Position numbers and translations under genes: made by a program. From a virus, in IMG/VR virus record IMGVR_UViG_3300036806_000149, positions 20,778-84,777 of that record: 64,000 nucleotides of DNA; one strand, given 5' to 3'. Every line of letters begins with the position of its first letter. Position 1 is the first letter of the stretch. The notes beneath the pieces are model-generated. The model searched no databases. It saw only the letters and a list, made by a program, of their open reading frames with translations, and was not told the DNA's origin. Shown here one piece after another: positions 37,760 through 49,011 of this stretch.

Positions 37760-38692
37760 TCAAATCCACGTATCGCTGTAGGTGAAGATCACCTGAGAGG
37801 TGCCCGACGTCATTCCGGTGGCCGTCAGATGGATGTCGTTCTGCCCCGGATAGATCTGGAACAGACTGGAGTCCACCGAGAGCATGCTGAATCGATTCGT
37901 GCCACTTTGGTCGAGAAATGTTTTCGCGGCGGTATCCATGATGTATGTACTTCCACCGGGGATAGTCCCCACCAGCTTGATGAACTCTCCAGAGCGCGTG
38001 TTAGTGAGAGTTGGATTGGTTATTGGCCCGATGAACTTCATCTGCGGCTGGGCTCCGTAATTGCCGGCATTGGGGGACGAGAAGACCGAAACATCAGTGA
38101 TTGATGCCCCCGTAGCTGTGAACTGCGTGATGTGTGGCAAGTACGCGAGGAAGCGCGGATTCGATGCCCGCAGCGTGATCAGGAAATCGCGGAAGAAGCG
38201 GAAATCATTCTGCTCCTCGGTCATCGTGATCGGTTGGTTCTTGCGGCAGTTGATCAGCGACGTGCGCGCCAAGCTCGGAGCCTTGATTCCCGATACGGGG
38301 TCATACCCGGCCCCGTGGAAGATCAGCGGGTACTCCGTCTGCACGGTGGCGAACGCCTGGCGGAGCTGCTGCTGCATGTCTCTGAGCTTCTCCAGCCCGT
38401 ACGCCTCGATCCGGCCGGTGATGGCGATGGTGCGCCCGCCGTAGTAGGCGTCGAGCGGCGTCTCGCCGTCGGAGGAGGGATTTTCCTCCCGAACATCGCG
38501 GATGTCGGCGTCGCCGAGCCCGTCGAGCTTGGTCACCCGGATCTTGTCGATCAGATGGCGCAGATTGAAGACGAAGCCGTTGTATTCCATGGGAGCTTCG
38601 ATCCCGATCGGAACGGCCGTCCCCGAACCGGGCAGCGCCTCGGTCGAGCTGCCGTACTGCGCTATCGAGGGAAGTTCGAGGATCGGCGACAT
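37760..38692 (-). CDS. Distal tail protein (Dit)
   Basis: DGE...YYGGRTI...A.NP...GPITNP...PGQN motifs. Confidence 0.8.
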   Translation of the reverse strand: MSPILELPSIAQYGSSTEALPGSGTAVPIGIEAPMEYNGFVFNLRHLIDKIRVTKLDGLGDADIRDVREENPSSDGETPLDAYYGGRTIAITGRIEAYGLEKLRDMQQQLRQAFATVQTEYPLIFHGAGYDPVSGIKAPSLARTSLINCRKNQPITMTEEQNDFRFFRDFLITLRASNPRFLAYLPHITQFTATGASITDVSVFSSPNAGNYGAQPQMKFIGPITNPTLTNTRSGEFIKLVGTIPGGSTYIMDTAAKTFLDQSGTNRFSMLSVDSSLFQIYPGQNDIHLTATGMTSGTSQVIFTYSDTWI

Positions 38693-38695
38693 CGG

Positions 38696-39634
38696 CTAGG
38701 TCCCGTCGCGGATGATGTAGTTGAGCGTCAGGTAGGGCTGCATGTTGTTGTGCCCACCGCTTCCGCCCTGCGCGCCGATGCCGAGCGCGGGAACCGCGTG
38801 CGCGTGACGAGCGGTGGCCCCGCCGGTCGCACCGAAGTTCTTCAAGGTTCCGCCTGTCACGCTTGGAACGCTCACGTTCGTGACTCCGCCGCCCGCAATC
38901 AGATAGATTGTGGACCCAGCGGGTGGTGCGTGCGTGTGGTCGGGAGAGTCAGTGCCGGTAGTGCCGCCCCCGGTAGCGCCGCCGTGATTGTGCGAGGGCA
39001 TCTCGGCCACGCTGATGCTGTGCAACTCCTCCCCTCCAGCGGTGGCCATAGCGTGGCCTCCTCCCACGCCGAGCGGAATCTTTCCTCCCAGGTTGGGCAG
39101 GCTGAAGTTGGTGGCGTCTTCCCCGAAGGGATAAGCGCCAGCGCCCTTGAGCCGGTTGTAGAGCGCGGTAAAGCTGGCCTTTACGAGCGACTGGCCATTG
39201 GCGAACTTGAAGCCCACCGGCTCGGTGGGACCGGCGTAGGGGAATACCGAACCCACCGGGATCAGGAAGTTGACGATCGAGGCGTCGAGCTTGGCCAGAT
39301 TGAGCGTTCCGTCGGCGATGATCGACGCCGGATTAGCCCCCGGTGAGGCTCCCAGTGCGTTCCAGGAAATCGTCTGATCGGCGATCCGCTTGGGCACCTG
39401 AGAGTCGCTGTAGGCCACGTCATAGGGGCCGGGATCGACCCAAAAGCGAGCAATCCCGTTGACCGCCTCAAACGGGTTGGCGATTTGGGTGGTGCCGGTG
39501 CGTCCGCTGTAAAGCGTCGCCTTGGTGGTGGTCCCCGCCAGATAGACGGTCACGAGTACACCCGCCATCAGCACCGTGGGTGCGCCACCTGCCGTAGCGG
39601 AGATGATCGTTTCGTTGTAGGCATCTCTATCCAT
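38696..39634 (-). CDS. Tail fiber/tail-collar domain protein
   Basis: IPVGSVFPYAG...ANGQ...FSLPNL; HNNMQPYLTLNYII. Confidence 0.85.
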   Translation of the reverse strand: MDRDAYNETIISATAGGAPTVLMAGVLVTVYLAGTTTKATLYSGRTGTTQIANPFEAVNGIARFWVDPGPYDVAYSDSQVPKRIADQTISWNALGASPGANPASIIADGTLNLAKLDASIVNFLIPVGSVFPYAGPTEPVGFKFANGQSLVKASFTALYNRLKGAGAYPFGEDATNFSLPNLGGKIPLGVGGGHAMATAGGEELHSISVAEMPSHNHGGATGGGTTGTDSPDHTHAPPAGSTIYLIAGGGVTNVSVPSVTGGTLKNFGATGGATARHAHAVPALGIGAQGGSGGHNNMQPYLTLNYIIRDGT

Positions 39635-39650
39635 TATCTATACACACCTC

Positions 39651-42600
39651 CTATGTGCTCGGTACTCGCGAAGCAAACGCGATTCGATTGGCTAGATACG
39701 TGTAGTCGGTCTCCGGACCAGACTCATGCACGGTGATGTGGTTGGTGATTCCGCCGGGGCTCTGACCGCGCGCCGGATTGACCACGAACTCGCCTGCCTC
39801 CAGGTTGAAGATCCCGCTCTTGCGCACGAAGCCGCCGGTCTGCATCGAGGGGATCTGGTACTGGGGCAGCAGTCCGCCGGCACCGGTGAACACGGCCATC
39901 CGATACCACTGCCAGGCCGTCGAGGAGAAGCTCTGGGCCTTGCCCAGGTTGCCGTTTAGCTCGTTGATCTGGCTGGTGTTGGACTCGATCGCGTTCTGAG
40001 AATCGATCAGAGCCTGGATGAGCGACTCAAACTGGCCCTTCTGAGCCTGAGTCATCCCAGCTTCGATCCGGTCGAAGTTCAGCCCGGAGACCGTGCGGGC
40101 GAAGCCCAATCCGCTGAGACCCGTCAGGTTGACGCCGTAGCCTCCGAGGAGCTGCTGAGCGAGCCCGGAAGCCTGCTGCTGGAGCGCAGCGGCGTTCTGA
40201 GCCAGGAACTGGAGCTGTTGCTGGGAGGTATCAGTGGTGAGGTTGGTGGCGATCGTCTGGGCGAGCTGGCCGAGCCCGCCGAAGATGCCCGTCTGGAACT
40301 GGGCGCGGCTCTGAATCAGGTCGATCGAGGATTGCCGGATGGCCACGATCTGATCGGAGATCGCCGCCGTGTTCTCGGCGATCTGGACCCCGAGATCGGC
40401 GATTTGATCGTGGAGGGCTTCCATCTGGCCGGTGTTCTTCTGGAGCGTGGCCGTCTGAAGTGCCCGTGCGAGGGCGTCGCGCTGTTGGACGAGACTGGCT
40501 CCGGTACCGCGCAGCACCGCCAGCCGCGTCTGCCCGGCCGCTACCGCGCCGCCCGCTCGCTCCTGAAGGTCAGCGATGCGGTTGAACAGGTCCAGCCCAG
40601 TCTGCCGGCGCTGTGCGCGCTGGTTGATCTGATCGACGGTGTTCTGGAGCTGCTGGGCCTGGGTCTCGACGATCGTGGCGACGGTGTCCTGGAGCTGGGT
40701 GTTGAGGTCATCGACGGTCTGCTGCCAGCGGGGATCGTGCTTGGCCTTGGCCTGGGCCTCCTTGAGCTTTCGCTCGATGACTTTGCGCCGGGCCTTGAGA
40801 TCTTCGAGCTGCCCGGTGGTGGCGGCGTTGATCAAATCGGTGCGCCCCAGCGCCTGTCCGATGCGGCTGACCGTGTCAGGCGACAGCGCCTTGCCGATCA
40901 TGTTCGTCGCCACTTTGCCGAGAACCCCAGCGACCTTGCCCCGAATATTGCTGGGGAACCGCACGTTGATGTCGGCTTGGCGAAGCTGGGCGTTCAGTTG
41001 ATCGGTGAACTTCGTCTGAGTCTTCTCGAAGCGGTCCTGACGGGCGGCGGCGATCTTTGCGTCGGTGTCATCCATGTCTTGCAACAGCTTGTTGCGCGCG
41101 GCCAGCAACCGTTCGTAGATCTTCTTCTCATCCGAGGTGATCCCGCCCTTGCGTAACCCAGCCAGTTGCCGGTTGGTGGCGATCAAGTCGGTGCGCAGAC
41201 GGTTTCGCTCTTTACCCAACTCGTTGATCAGCACGTTGGTGTCTCGGATGTCCTGAGTGATGTCCTGGATCTCGGTGAGCGGCCGGCGTCTCACCAGACG
41301 GGTAGCGTCTCTGGCTCCTCGGGGGCCTCTGCGCTCTCTCAATCCGGTCTGGGCCAACTGCAACCGGGTCTGAAGCTGGGTGGTGCGCTCGTCGATGACC
41401 TGAGCTAGCCGCGCGAAGTAGCCGTCGTCACCGGTCAGCGTCTCGATCCCCTTGGTGAACCGCTCGACCTGAGTGATTGCGTTCTCGGTCTTGGTCGCGT
41501 TGCGATCGAAGCCCTGGCCGATGAATTTGAACGCCGTATTGACGCGACGGATCAGTCTGAGGGTGGCATTGACGCCCCCGGGCACGATCTGACCCACCAG
41601 ATCAACGTTGACACTGAGCATCGCGTCGAGCAGATCCTCATGCTGCTTTTGCAGTTCGTCGTAGCGCTTCTTCTCGTCCTTGGTATCGAGACCAGTTCTG
41701 GCGAGCGCTCGTAGTTGCCGCTCAAGCCCTCTCAGTGCAACAGATACGCGATGAGTGCTGGCAATCGAGATGTTGAAATCGACCGACTTGACGAATCTTT
41801 CTAGAGCGTCATGTAGCTCTTTCTCGCCCTCTTTGACCCCGCCCTTTTCGAGCTTCTTGATCTCGTCTTCGAAAGATTTCTGAATGCCAAACAGAGACAG
41901 GATCGGAATCCGACCGAGTCCCTTTATGTCCGCTTCTACCTCGCGCAGCGAGATCTCGCCCCCGCCAGCGAAGCTCGTCGGCCCGCCGGTGAACCCCAGC
42001 GCGCCCTTCAAGCGATTGCGAGATGTCCCGATCCAGTTGGCAACCTTCTGCTGCTGGGTCTGGTTGAGCACCCACTCACGAGCGTGGGCCAGGATCGGGA
42101 TGGGCTGGCCCGCGCTCCCAGGGATCTCTCCGCCCACGGCGTACTCACCACCGGAAGGTGTCGGAGGCTTATCGCCGACCCAACCGCCCTGAGCGTATCC
42201 GGCCCGGAACGCCGTTGCTGCTCCGCCGCGACGCACGTCCTCGCGCGGGACCCCGGGGCGCTCGAACGTGTTCATGAAGTAGGACGCGGCGTCGCCCGGG
42301 TCCTTCATGGCGTTCATCGTGCCCTTCAGGCTCGGATAGTCCCGAGCCAGAATTGAGACGAGAAATGCGGTCTGTACGCCGGGATCATTCCAAGGTTTTT
42401 TCATTCGGGCAGCGAACGCCCGCACGTCAGACAGCGCCACCGGGTGCGCGGTGAAGCCCCACAGACCGCCGTTATCGGTGCCGGGCTCCATCGCCGATGG
42501 ATTCAGCCCCGATTCGGCGTAAGCGTTGCCGATGATCCCCGCCGCTGCGATCTTGTTGTACCCGGCTCTGGTCAATACCTGGAAGATCTGGTGACCGGTC

Positions 42601-45600
42601 GGCCCGCTTAGATTCCCGATCCCAACCGTTCCATCAGTAGACGTGCCAGCTTTATCCTCACCATATTTGTTGGCAGCTTCGGTGACCTTCTTGATCGCTG
42701 CCTCAGCCAGATCCTTGAGTGCGCCAGTGCCATGGACCACGAGATCCTTGATCTTGTCCCAGGTGGCGACGCTAATGGCACCACCGAATTGTCCTCCACC
42801 AGTTAGCTTTCCGTGCGCAAGACCGAAGATGAAGTTGGTGAAATCCTTTCCGGCTGCCGTCTGCTCCCCCTCGGTGTATCCAGTCGTTGCCGAGGCGAGT
42901 GTCGTACCGCGAGCGTCCGCTGCCCATCCCATTTCGAGAAATGCGAACTGGTTATGACCTTGAGCAAATACCTCGCCAGCCTTGAGCTTTGCACCAGCGC
43001 TCAAACCTGTCTTCGGCGTAACGTTCTCGGCGAGATAGATATATTTGCCTTTGAACGGTCCGCTTTCTAGCCGATAGACGATCATCGCACCCACTCCGTC
43101 ACCAGCGGAGTGAAGAGGCCAACCAGTATGGCTACCCGGTGGATCGACACGAGTGAAGGTTGCATCGCCGACGACTGCAATCGGACCCTGACCAGTCATG
43201 TCGAGACCCATATCCGTACGGCCTCTGCCGAATCCCGATCCGAATGGGTAGACATAGCCACCGGCTGCATAACGAGGGCGATAACCACCCTCTACATGCG
43301 TCGGTTGACCATTCCTGCCATGTTCGCCTCGGACTCGGTGAAACATTTCATCGAGACCAAACCCATAAACCTCGCGAAGCGCGGGATCGACGTATCGTTG
43401 ATGTGCCCAATTCAGAACCGCTTCACCGCGACCAACCAGAATGTTGACCGCGTCCCGGCCGCGCTCGCCCGCGCGACCGACAAACCCGCCGCCTGCCTTC
43501 CCTGCGAAGCCTCCCTGAGCCAAACCAGGGGGCTTATCGACACTGATGTCCACTGGCTTAGCGTTGAATGTCTTCAGGCCCTTGTTGGTGGCCTGAGCGA
43601 CATAGTTTATGCCTTTCCACACAGCGTTGTCGAGATTCTGGAAGGAACCCTTGACGCTATTGAACAACTGATTGGCGGCGTTCTTAGCCGCATCGCGTGT
43701 CCAGTACATCTGGAACGAGACATGCTTGGCGAGTTGATCTGTGATCTTGTTCGCCGAGTCGCGCATGTCGTCGAATGAATTGGTGACTGCTTTGGACATT
43801 GCTCGAATGGCCGAGCGAATGCCAGTGGTCATGTCGTGAACCACGTTCTGCACGCGGTGTTGACCGGCGTTGGTTATGTTGCTGATCGCCTGCCACATAT
43901 CACCCCACAAGTTGGTGAAGATCGAGACGAACCGTTTGATCTCCTTGGTGATGGAGCTGAAGTCGATGTTGGACGCGCCGACGACTGACGCCCCCGCCGC
44001 GCCTCCGCCCTGGAACCGCCCGCCGCGAGACTGAGTGCCGCCGCCCAGTGCGCGCCGGAAGGCAAAGATCACGTCGTGCCCGCCGGCCGCTTGGACCTCC
44101 TCCTTGGTGAGCACGTGCTCGCCCTCTTCGAGCAGCGCGGGAATCCGGTCGCCGCCGCCGTAGCCCTTGCCGATCGGGCCACCTTCCTGGATGAGGCTGA
44201 AGATCTTGGTGACGATCCCCGCGCCCGGGATGCTCTTGGCCGCGTCCTTGATCGTGTCCCAGGCCAGCTTGGGCAGCTTCTTGATCCCCTGGACGACCGT
44301 GTTCATGGCCGTATCGAGGAGATCTCCCAGCTTGCCGGGCAGCTTGGTGGTGATCCACTTGAAGATGTCGCCGAAAGCCCCGGTGATCTTGTCGAAGAGC
44401 TTTCCGCCCAGTCCTCCGAGACCGCTCAGCAGCCCACTGATGATGTGCAGACCCCAGGGGATGAAGTGATCGGGTCTGAGGAAGTTTGCGGCGACCGCAA
44501 GCGCGCGCGCAATGACGCCCCCGAATCGATCCGCCAGACCCTTCAGACCGTTCAGCAGTCCACTGATGATGTGCAGTCCCCAAGGAATGAAGTGGACTGG
44601 GTTGAAGAATTTCAGGACTGCGACAATCACATGCGCAATGAGGTTCTCGAAGCGGTTTTGCAGGTTTGCCAAGCCTCTGAAGAAACCATTGATGATGTGT
44701 AGCCCCCAAGGTATGAAGTGCAGGGGGTTCATGAACTTCGCGATAGCAGTTACGACACTCACGAAGATATGGAGTGCTTTGCCCGGAAGGTCACCAAGGA
44801 TGGCCAGGAAACCCTTGATGCCAGCGGTTGCTATCTGTGCCAGTCCACCAAAAACTTTCTTGACACCGTTCCAGATCTTGCCGAAGTTCAGGGTCAGTAT
44901 CCCGGTGAGGATCTCAACGATTCCGCCGAGGACCTTGAACGCCCCGCCGAGAACGTTGCCGATGTATGTCGCAGCACCCTTGATCGCCCTGATGAAGATG
45001 CCGGTGAAGAACGTCACGATCGGCCGTACGATGACCATGACGCCTTTTCCCTTCTCGAAGGCGCTGAACAGATCTTTGACCTGATTGATCAGGTTTCGGA
45101 ACGGCGGACCTGCGACCTTGATGATGTCGTGGAAGCCGTCACTCAGCGCCTTGAGCACCGGCTTTAGGTTCCCCGTCACCGCGAGCAAGCCGACGATTGC
45201 GCCCGTCGCTGCTAGCACTGCTGCCACCGGAATCGCCGCTGCTGCCAACCCCGCTGCCCCCGCGCCCTCAGCTCCGACAGCCGCCGCGCCCTCAGCTCCA
45301 GCGGCGGCTGCGCCCTCAGCTCCAGCGGCGGCTCCACCTGCCGCCTTGGCTGCCTGGGCCGTCTCGGCCGCATCCTTGGCCTTCTTCATCTCACGGTACT
45401 TGCCAATAATTTTGTCCAAGCCGGTGGCGAGAGGTGACAACGGAGCCACCAACAGTCCTGCTGCCTTGCTGGCAATCCCTATTGCTAGCGAGATACCTAT
45501 GAAATCTTTGGCGAGTCCGGCAAGTTGCGGATGTTTGTCAATGAACTTTCCGATTTGGGTAACCATTCCGCCGACTTGCCGAATGAATTGCCCTATTGCC

Positions 45601-48494
45601 GGGATAACGATCGTGGCCAGGATCGAGGCGAAAGCTTTTACAGAGTCAACGCCTTTCTCCGAGAATGTCTTACCCAACTCGGTGCCGATCGCGACTATCA
45701 CTGGCTTGAGCGCACTCAGCACCTCGCCGGTGATTCGGAAGAGCTGATGGAAGAACTGAGCCGCCTTGCCGCCTCGGTTGATCGAGTCGGCGAGCTTGTT
45801 GATCGGCTCAGTGGCCCCCTTGATGAGGTCGATCCCGGTCCGGGCTCCGCCACCCGGTCCGGCGATGGCCAGGAACAGCTTGGCGATCGCGCCACCCAAA
45901 CGCAGGAATGCCAGCAGCGCGTCGGTACCCTCATGGAAGAACTGCCTGAGCGGATTCTTGTCGCCCTTCTGCTTGTTGGCGTCACCAGTGAATTTCAACC
46001 AGCTCGTCGTGACCTGATCGAAAAATTTCAGGAGACGACTGAGCGAGGGAGCCGCCGCCCGCCCGATGTCCAGAAAGATCTTGCCCAGGTTGATGAGGAT
46101 GTCGGTCAGTGGCCGCAGGTTCTTCTGAGCCTCACGAATGAACTCAAAGAAGATGTTGATCGACTTCTTGTCAGTGAAGGCATTGAAAAAGCGCAGCCCC
46201 TGCTTGGCCATCTCTCCGGCCAGATCCTGCATCGCCTTTTTGACGTCGGGTCGTTGCAAGATCTGAATGACCTGGTTCATCGCCGTGCCGAAGGCGTTGA
46301 TCAGTGGCTCAGTAATCGTCTGTGAGGCAACCCGGAAGACGTCCTGGAAGCGCTTGACGATGTCCAGCAGCCTCCGCTCAGCGCCCGAGAGCCGGCCGGT
46401 CAGGAAGTCGAGTTTGCCGCCGGCAGCGGTGATCTTGCTGCCCGCCAGATCGGCTTGCTGAGCGGCCTGGTTAGCCGCAATCCCCGCTTGGGTGATCCCG
46501 CGACGCGCTTGCTCAGCCGCGCGCTGGGCTCGGGTCACGGCTCGTTCGGCGTCGCCCACTCCGCGCTTGGCCTGATCGAGCTGCTGCTGGGCCGAGACGA
46601 CGCCGGGGGCACCCGCGATACCTTGACGCTGAGACGCCGCCAGATCGCTCGACGTGCGTGAGACCTGCTGATGGGCTCGGGCCGCCTGGAGGTTGGACTC
46701 CTGGACCTGAAGCTGAGCGCCGGCGACGTCGCCACCGGTGGAGATCGCGTGGGCCAGCGCGGCTCGCGCATCCTTCTGGGCCAGCGCCGCGCTCTTGGCC
46801 TGTAGCTCGGCCTCCTTCTCGGTCAGGATCATGTCCTGGAGATCGCGCCGGGCCTGCTGGCGAGACTTGGAAAGATTCTGCTCGGCCGTGTTTACGCCCT
46901 GATGGGCCTTGGTCAGATTCTCTTCGGCGGTTCTGACCCCGTCGGTGGCGTTGGACAACGAGTTCTGAGAATTCTTGAGCGTGTTGACCGCTCGCCCGTG
47001 CGCCGTCGTCGCCCCGGCGGCTCTGGTATGAGCCGCTGCCCCCCGATAGCTCGCTTGTTGATCGACTAACTGTGCCTGTTTGGCCGCGCCGAACACGGCG
47101 GTGAGCCGCGACACGAGCATCGCGAACACGCCCAGGACGGGGAGTGCCTGAGCGATTCCGGCGATGAACGTCCCCCCGAGGGCTCCACCGGCATAGAGCG
47201 CCGCCGAGCCCAGCGCCACCAGGGCTCCACCGGCGGCCCCGGCGACCGTGATCAACGGCTGGAGGAAGCCCACGATCGCGAATGTGGCCAGCCCTCGTAG
47301 CACGTTGTCGAACCCGGCGATGTTCTGCTCGGCGTTCTGGAGGCTGCTCGTGATCGTGCTGATACCACTGCTAATCGCCGAGCCCATGCCGCCGCCGCTG
47401 TTGGAGACCGATCGCTCCGCTACCTCCAAAGCTCCCAGACTCGCTATAGCCCTGCCCGTGTCAGCTTCGATGTTGATGTGACGTGTTCTGGTCGCCACAT
47501 CCATAATCCCTCTGAACTCAGCGAGATGTGCTTCAGCCCCCGCAGTGTTGAGGTCGATATCAAACTTCTTGTCACGGAAGCGATTTAGCTCAGCTTCCAG
47601 CACTTTCGCCTGCACAAGCGCATGCTTGAGATCCAGCTCAACACGCATTTTCTCGACGCCACCGAGTTTCTCGTTCTTCAGCTTCTGCTTCATTTCGGTG
47701 ACACGTTGGACGTCGCGCTCGTACTGCCGCAACGCTTGCGCTCCACGTCGGAGATCGTTGATCTCCTGATCTGCACGTCTCGCACTCTGACGAGCCGAAT
47801 CGGATTCAGCCGCTTGTTCGCGTTTGATGTCAGCTAATGTTTCGCGAGCACGCTGGGCATTTCGCTTGGCGAGGTTTTCGCGAATCCGATCGACGGTGCT
47901 GGCGTTCTGTTGCGATCGCTTGGCGGCTCGCTCATCTTCATCCGCCACTTCCTGTATCGATCGCTTGCGCCGCTGGTTGAGTGCAATCGCCTCATTGGCA
48001 TTACGTGTGCTTGCCGCGTGACGAGTAGCCGATGAAATGAGGTACTTCTTCTCTTCATCGTCGAGATCCTTGATGTCTTTGATCTGATCTCTCAACGCCT
48101 TAGACAGACGCTTCTGTGCAGATTCGGCCGCCTTCTCGGCAATCGCCTGTTGGGCCAATGAGTGAGTACGGCGATCCTGCGCATCGACCGCCGTCTTGGT
48201 CGTACGCTCGACATCGCTATAGGCCCGAGCGAGATCCTTGGTGAGCTTGATGTTCTCGGCCAGCTCGGGCCGAGTCTTGGCGAATGATCCGCGCAGATCA
48301 TCGAAGGTGACCTTCTGGCGCTCGACCCCGCTGCCCAAGCTCCGGTAGGACTCTTCGAGATTCTTGTTCTCGCGCTCCAGATCCTTGGCCATCTCCTTCT
48401 GGAGGCCCATCGCGGCCGTCACCGAGGCGAAGGCCGCCGCCGTCTCGTCGCGGGCCTTCAGAATTATTTCAATGACGTTACGTTCATCGGCCAC
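39651..48494 (-). CDS. Tape measure protein with embedded M23-like and phage-lysozyme-like domains
   Basis: 2947 aa, coiled-coil and Ala/Gly-rich; follows the chaperone genes; AAAGIIGNAYAESGLNP...FERPG; RTDMGLDM; three HFIPWGLHII repeats. Confidence 0.92.
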   Translation of the reverse strand: MADERNVIEIILKARDETAAAFASVTAAMGLQKEMAKDLERENKNLEESYRSLGSGVERQKVTFDDLRGSFAKTRPELAENIKLTKDLARAYSDVERTTKTAVDAQDRRTHSLAQQAIAEKAAESAQKRLSKALRDQIKDIKDLDDEEKKYLISSATRHAASTRNANEAIALNQRRKRSIQEVADEDERAAKRSQQNASTVDRIRENLAKRNAQRARETLADIKREQAAESDSARQSARRADQEINDLRRGAQALRQYERDVQRVTEMKQKLKNEKLGGVEKMRVELDLKHALVQAKVLEAELNRFRDKKFDIDLNTAGAEAHLAEFRGIMDVATRTRHINIEADTGRAIASLGALEVAERSVSNSGGGMGSAISSGISTITSSLQNAEQNIAGFDNVLRGLATFAIVGFLQPLITVAGAAGGALVALGSAALYAGGALGGTFIAGIAQALPVLGVFAMLVSRLTAVFGAAKQAQLVDQQASYRGAAAHTRAAGATTAHGRAVNTLKNSQNSLSNATDGVRTAEENLTKAHQGVNTAEQNLSKSRQQARRDLQDMILTEKEAELQAKSAALAQKDARAALAHAISTGGDVAGAQLQVQESNLQAARAHQQVSRTSSDLAASQRQGIAGAPGVVSAQQQLDQAKRGVGDAERAVTRAQRAAEQARRGITQAGIAANQAAQQADLAGSKITAAGGKLDFLTGRLSGAERRLLDIVKRFQDVFRVASQTITEPLINAFGTAMNQVIQILQRPDVKKAMQDLAGEMAKQGLRFFNAFTDKKSINIFFEFIREAQKNLRPLTDILINLGKIFLDIGRAAAPSLSRLLKFFDQVTTSWLKFTGDANKQKGDKNPLRQFFHEGTDALLAFLRLGGAIAKLFLAIAGPGGGARTGIDLIKGATEPINKLADSINRGGKAAQFFHQLFRITGEVLSALKPVIVAIGTELGKTFSEKGVDSVKAFASILATIVIPAIGQFIRQVGGMVTQIGKFIDKHPQLAGLAKDFIGISLAIGIASKAAGLLVAPLSPLATGLDKIIGKYREMKKAKDAAETAQAAKAAGGAAAGAEGAAAAGAEGAAAVGAEGAGAAGLAAAAIPVAAVLAATGAIVGLLAVTGNLKPVLKALSDGFHDIIKVAGPPFRNLINQVKDLFSAFEKGKGVMVIVRPIVTFFTGIFIRAIKGAATYIGNVLGGAFKVLGGIVEILTGILTLNFGKIWNGVKKVFGGLAQIATAGIKGFLAILGDLPGKALHIFVSVVTAIAKFMNPLHFIPWGLHIINGFFRGLANLQNRFENLIAHVIVAVLKFFNPVHFIPWGLHIISGLLNGLKGLADRFGGVIARALAVAANFLRPDHFIPWGLHIISGLLSGLGGLGGKLFDKITGAFGDIFKWITTKLPGKLGDLLDTAMNTVVQGIKKLPKLAWDTIKDAAKSIPGAGIVTKIFSLIQEGGPIGKGYGGGDRIPALLEEGEHVLTKEEVQAAGGHDVIFAFRRALGGGTQSRGGRFQGGGAAGASVVGASNIDFSSITKEIKRFVSIFTNLWGDMWQAISNITNAGQHRVQNVVHDMTTGIRSAIRAMSKAVTNSFDDMRDSANKITDQLAKHVSFQMYWTRDAAKNAANQLFNSVKGSFQNLDNAVWKGINYVAQATNKGLKTFNAKPVDISVDKPPGLAQGGFAGKAGGGFVGRAGERGRDAVNILVGRGEAVLNWAHQRYVDPALREVYGFGLDEMFHRVRGEHGRNGQPTHVEGGYRPRYAAGGYVYPFGSGFGRGRTDMGLDMTGQGPIAVVGDATFTRVDPPGSHTGWPLHSAGDGVGAMIVYRLESGPFKGKYIYLAENVTPKTGLSAGAKLKAGEVFAQGHNQFAFLEMGWAADARGTTLASATTGYTEGEQTAAGKDFTNFIFGLAHGKLTGGGQFGGAISVATWDKIKDLVVHGTGALKDLAEAAIKKVTEAANKYGEDKAGTSTDGTVGIGNLSGPTGHQIFQVLTRAGYNKIAAAGIIGNAYAESGLNPSAMEPGTDNGGLWGFTAHPVALSDVRAFAARMKKPWNDPGVQTAFLVSILARDYPSLKGTMNAMKDPGDAASYFMNTFERPGVPREDVRRGGAATAFRAGYAQGGWVGDKPPTPSGGEYAVGGEIPGSAGQPIPILAHAREWVLNQTQQQKVANWIGTSRNRLKGALGFTGGPTSFAGGGEISLREVEADIKGLGRIPILSLFGIQKSFEDEIKKLEKGGVKEGEKELHDALERFVKSVDFNISIASTHRVSVALRGLERQLRALARTGLDTKDEKKRYDELQKQHEDLLDAMLSVNVDLVGQIVPGGVNATLRLIRRVNTAFKFIGQGFDRNATKTENAITQVERFTKGIETLTGDDGYFARLAQVIDERTTQLQTRLQLAQTGLRERRGPRGARDATRLVRRRPLTEIQDITQDIRDTNVLINELGKERNRLRTDLIATNRQLAGLRKGGITSDEKKIYERLLAARNKLLQDMDDTDAKIAAARQDRFEKTQTKFTDQLNAQLRQADINVRFPSNIRGKVAGVLGKVATNMIGKALSPDTVSRIGQALGRTDLINAATTGQLEDLKARRKVIERKLKEAQAKAKHDPRWQQTVDDLNTQLQDTVATIVETQAQQLQNTVDQINQRAQRRQTGLDLFNRIADLQERAGGAVAAGQTRLAVLRGTGASLVQQRDALARALQTATLQKNTGQMEALHDQIADLGVQIAENTAAISDQIVAIRQSSIDLIQSRAQFQTGIFGGLGQLAQTIATNLTTDTSQQQLQFLAQNAAALQQQASGLAQQLLGGYGVNLTGLSGLGFARTVSGLNFDRIEAGMTQAQKGQFESLIQALIDSQNAIESNTSQINELNGNLGKAQSFSSTAWQWYRMAVFTGAGGLLPQYQIPSMQTGGFVRKSGIFNLEAGEFVVNPARGQSPGGITNHITVHESGPETDYTYLANRIAFASRVPST

Positions 48495-48504
48495 GCGCGC
48501 TCAC

Positions 48505-49011
48505 CTACTGATCGATCTCCATCTCTGCGTACGGGTCTTCATCTTCATTGACTGCCTCTTCGACAGTGCCTTCGGTTTTAGGAGGTGGCGCGATCTTGGC
48601 CAAACCGCGCTCCGCTGCGGCAAAGAACGGGTTGTCTGTGTCAATGTCCTCTTCGGGCGCTTCCTTGCTGGTAATCGTCACCACTGCATCCTCAAAGTTG
48701 GACTCCAACTCTTCGATCGCGTCTCGGCGAGCATCCGCGCCCTTCTGACCCTCAAACCCCGAGTTAGCCCATAGCGCGGCAATCATCATTTCCTTACGCC
48801 GCTCCAGTGTCTCGATCAGCTTCCGGCGCATGAACGCGGCGTAGAAAGCATCGAATCTTTTCCAGGGCCATTCGAAGATCTCGTCTACGGTTTCGGGATG
48901 ATGAGCGGTGTAGACCTCTAGCGCTTCGATCGGTGAGACGCCGCTTCTTTCGCTGTCTTCTGGCGAGCCTCCACCCGACGACGAAGCTCCACCAGCCGAA
49001 CGCGAAAAAAA
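48505..49011 (-). CDS. Tail assembly chaperone, frameshifted C-terminal (G-T) part
   Basis: The -1 frame is open from the T7 run at 49005-49011 to the stop at 48505 (...PIEALEVYTAHHPETVDEIFEWPWKRFDAFYAAFMRRK...). Confidence 0.75.
   Translation of the reverse strand, partial: FFSRSAGGASSSGGGSPEDSERSGVSPIEALEVYTAHHPETVDEIFEWPWKRFDAFYAAFMRRKLIETLERRKEMMIAALWANSGFEGQKGADARRDAIEELESNFEDAVVTITSKEAPEEDIDTDNPFFAAAERGLAKIAPPPKTEGTVEEAVNEDEDPYAEMEIDQ

Noticed and set aside
44441-45335. Repeats inside the tape measure gene (HFIPWGLHII x3; AAGAEGA x3)
   Set aside because: These are in-frame protein repeats typical of tape measure proteins.
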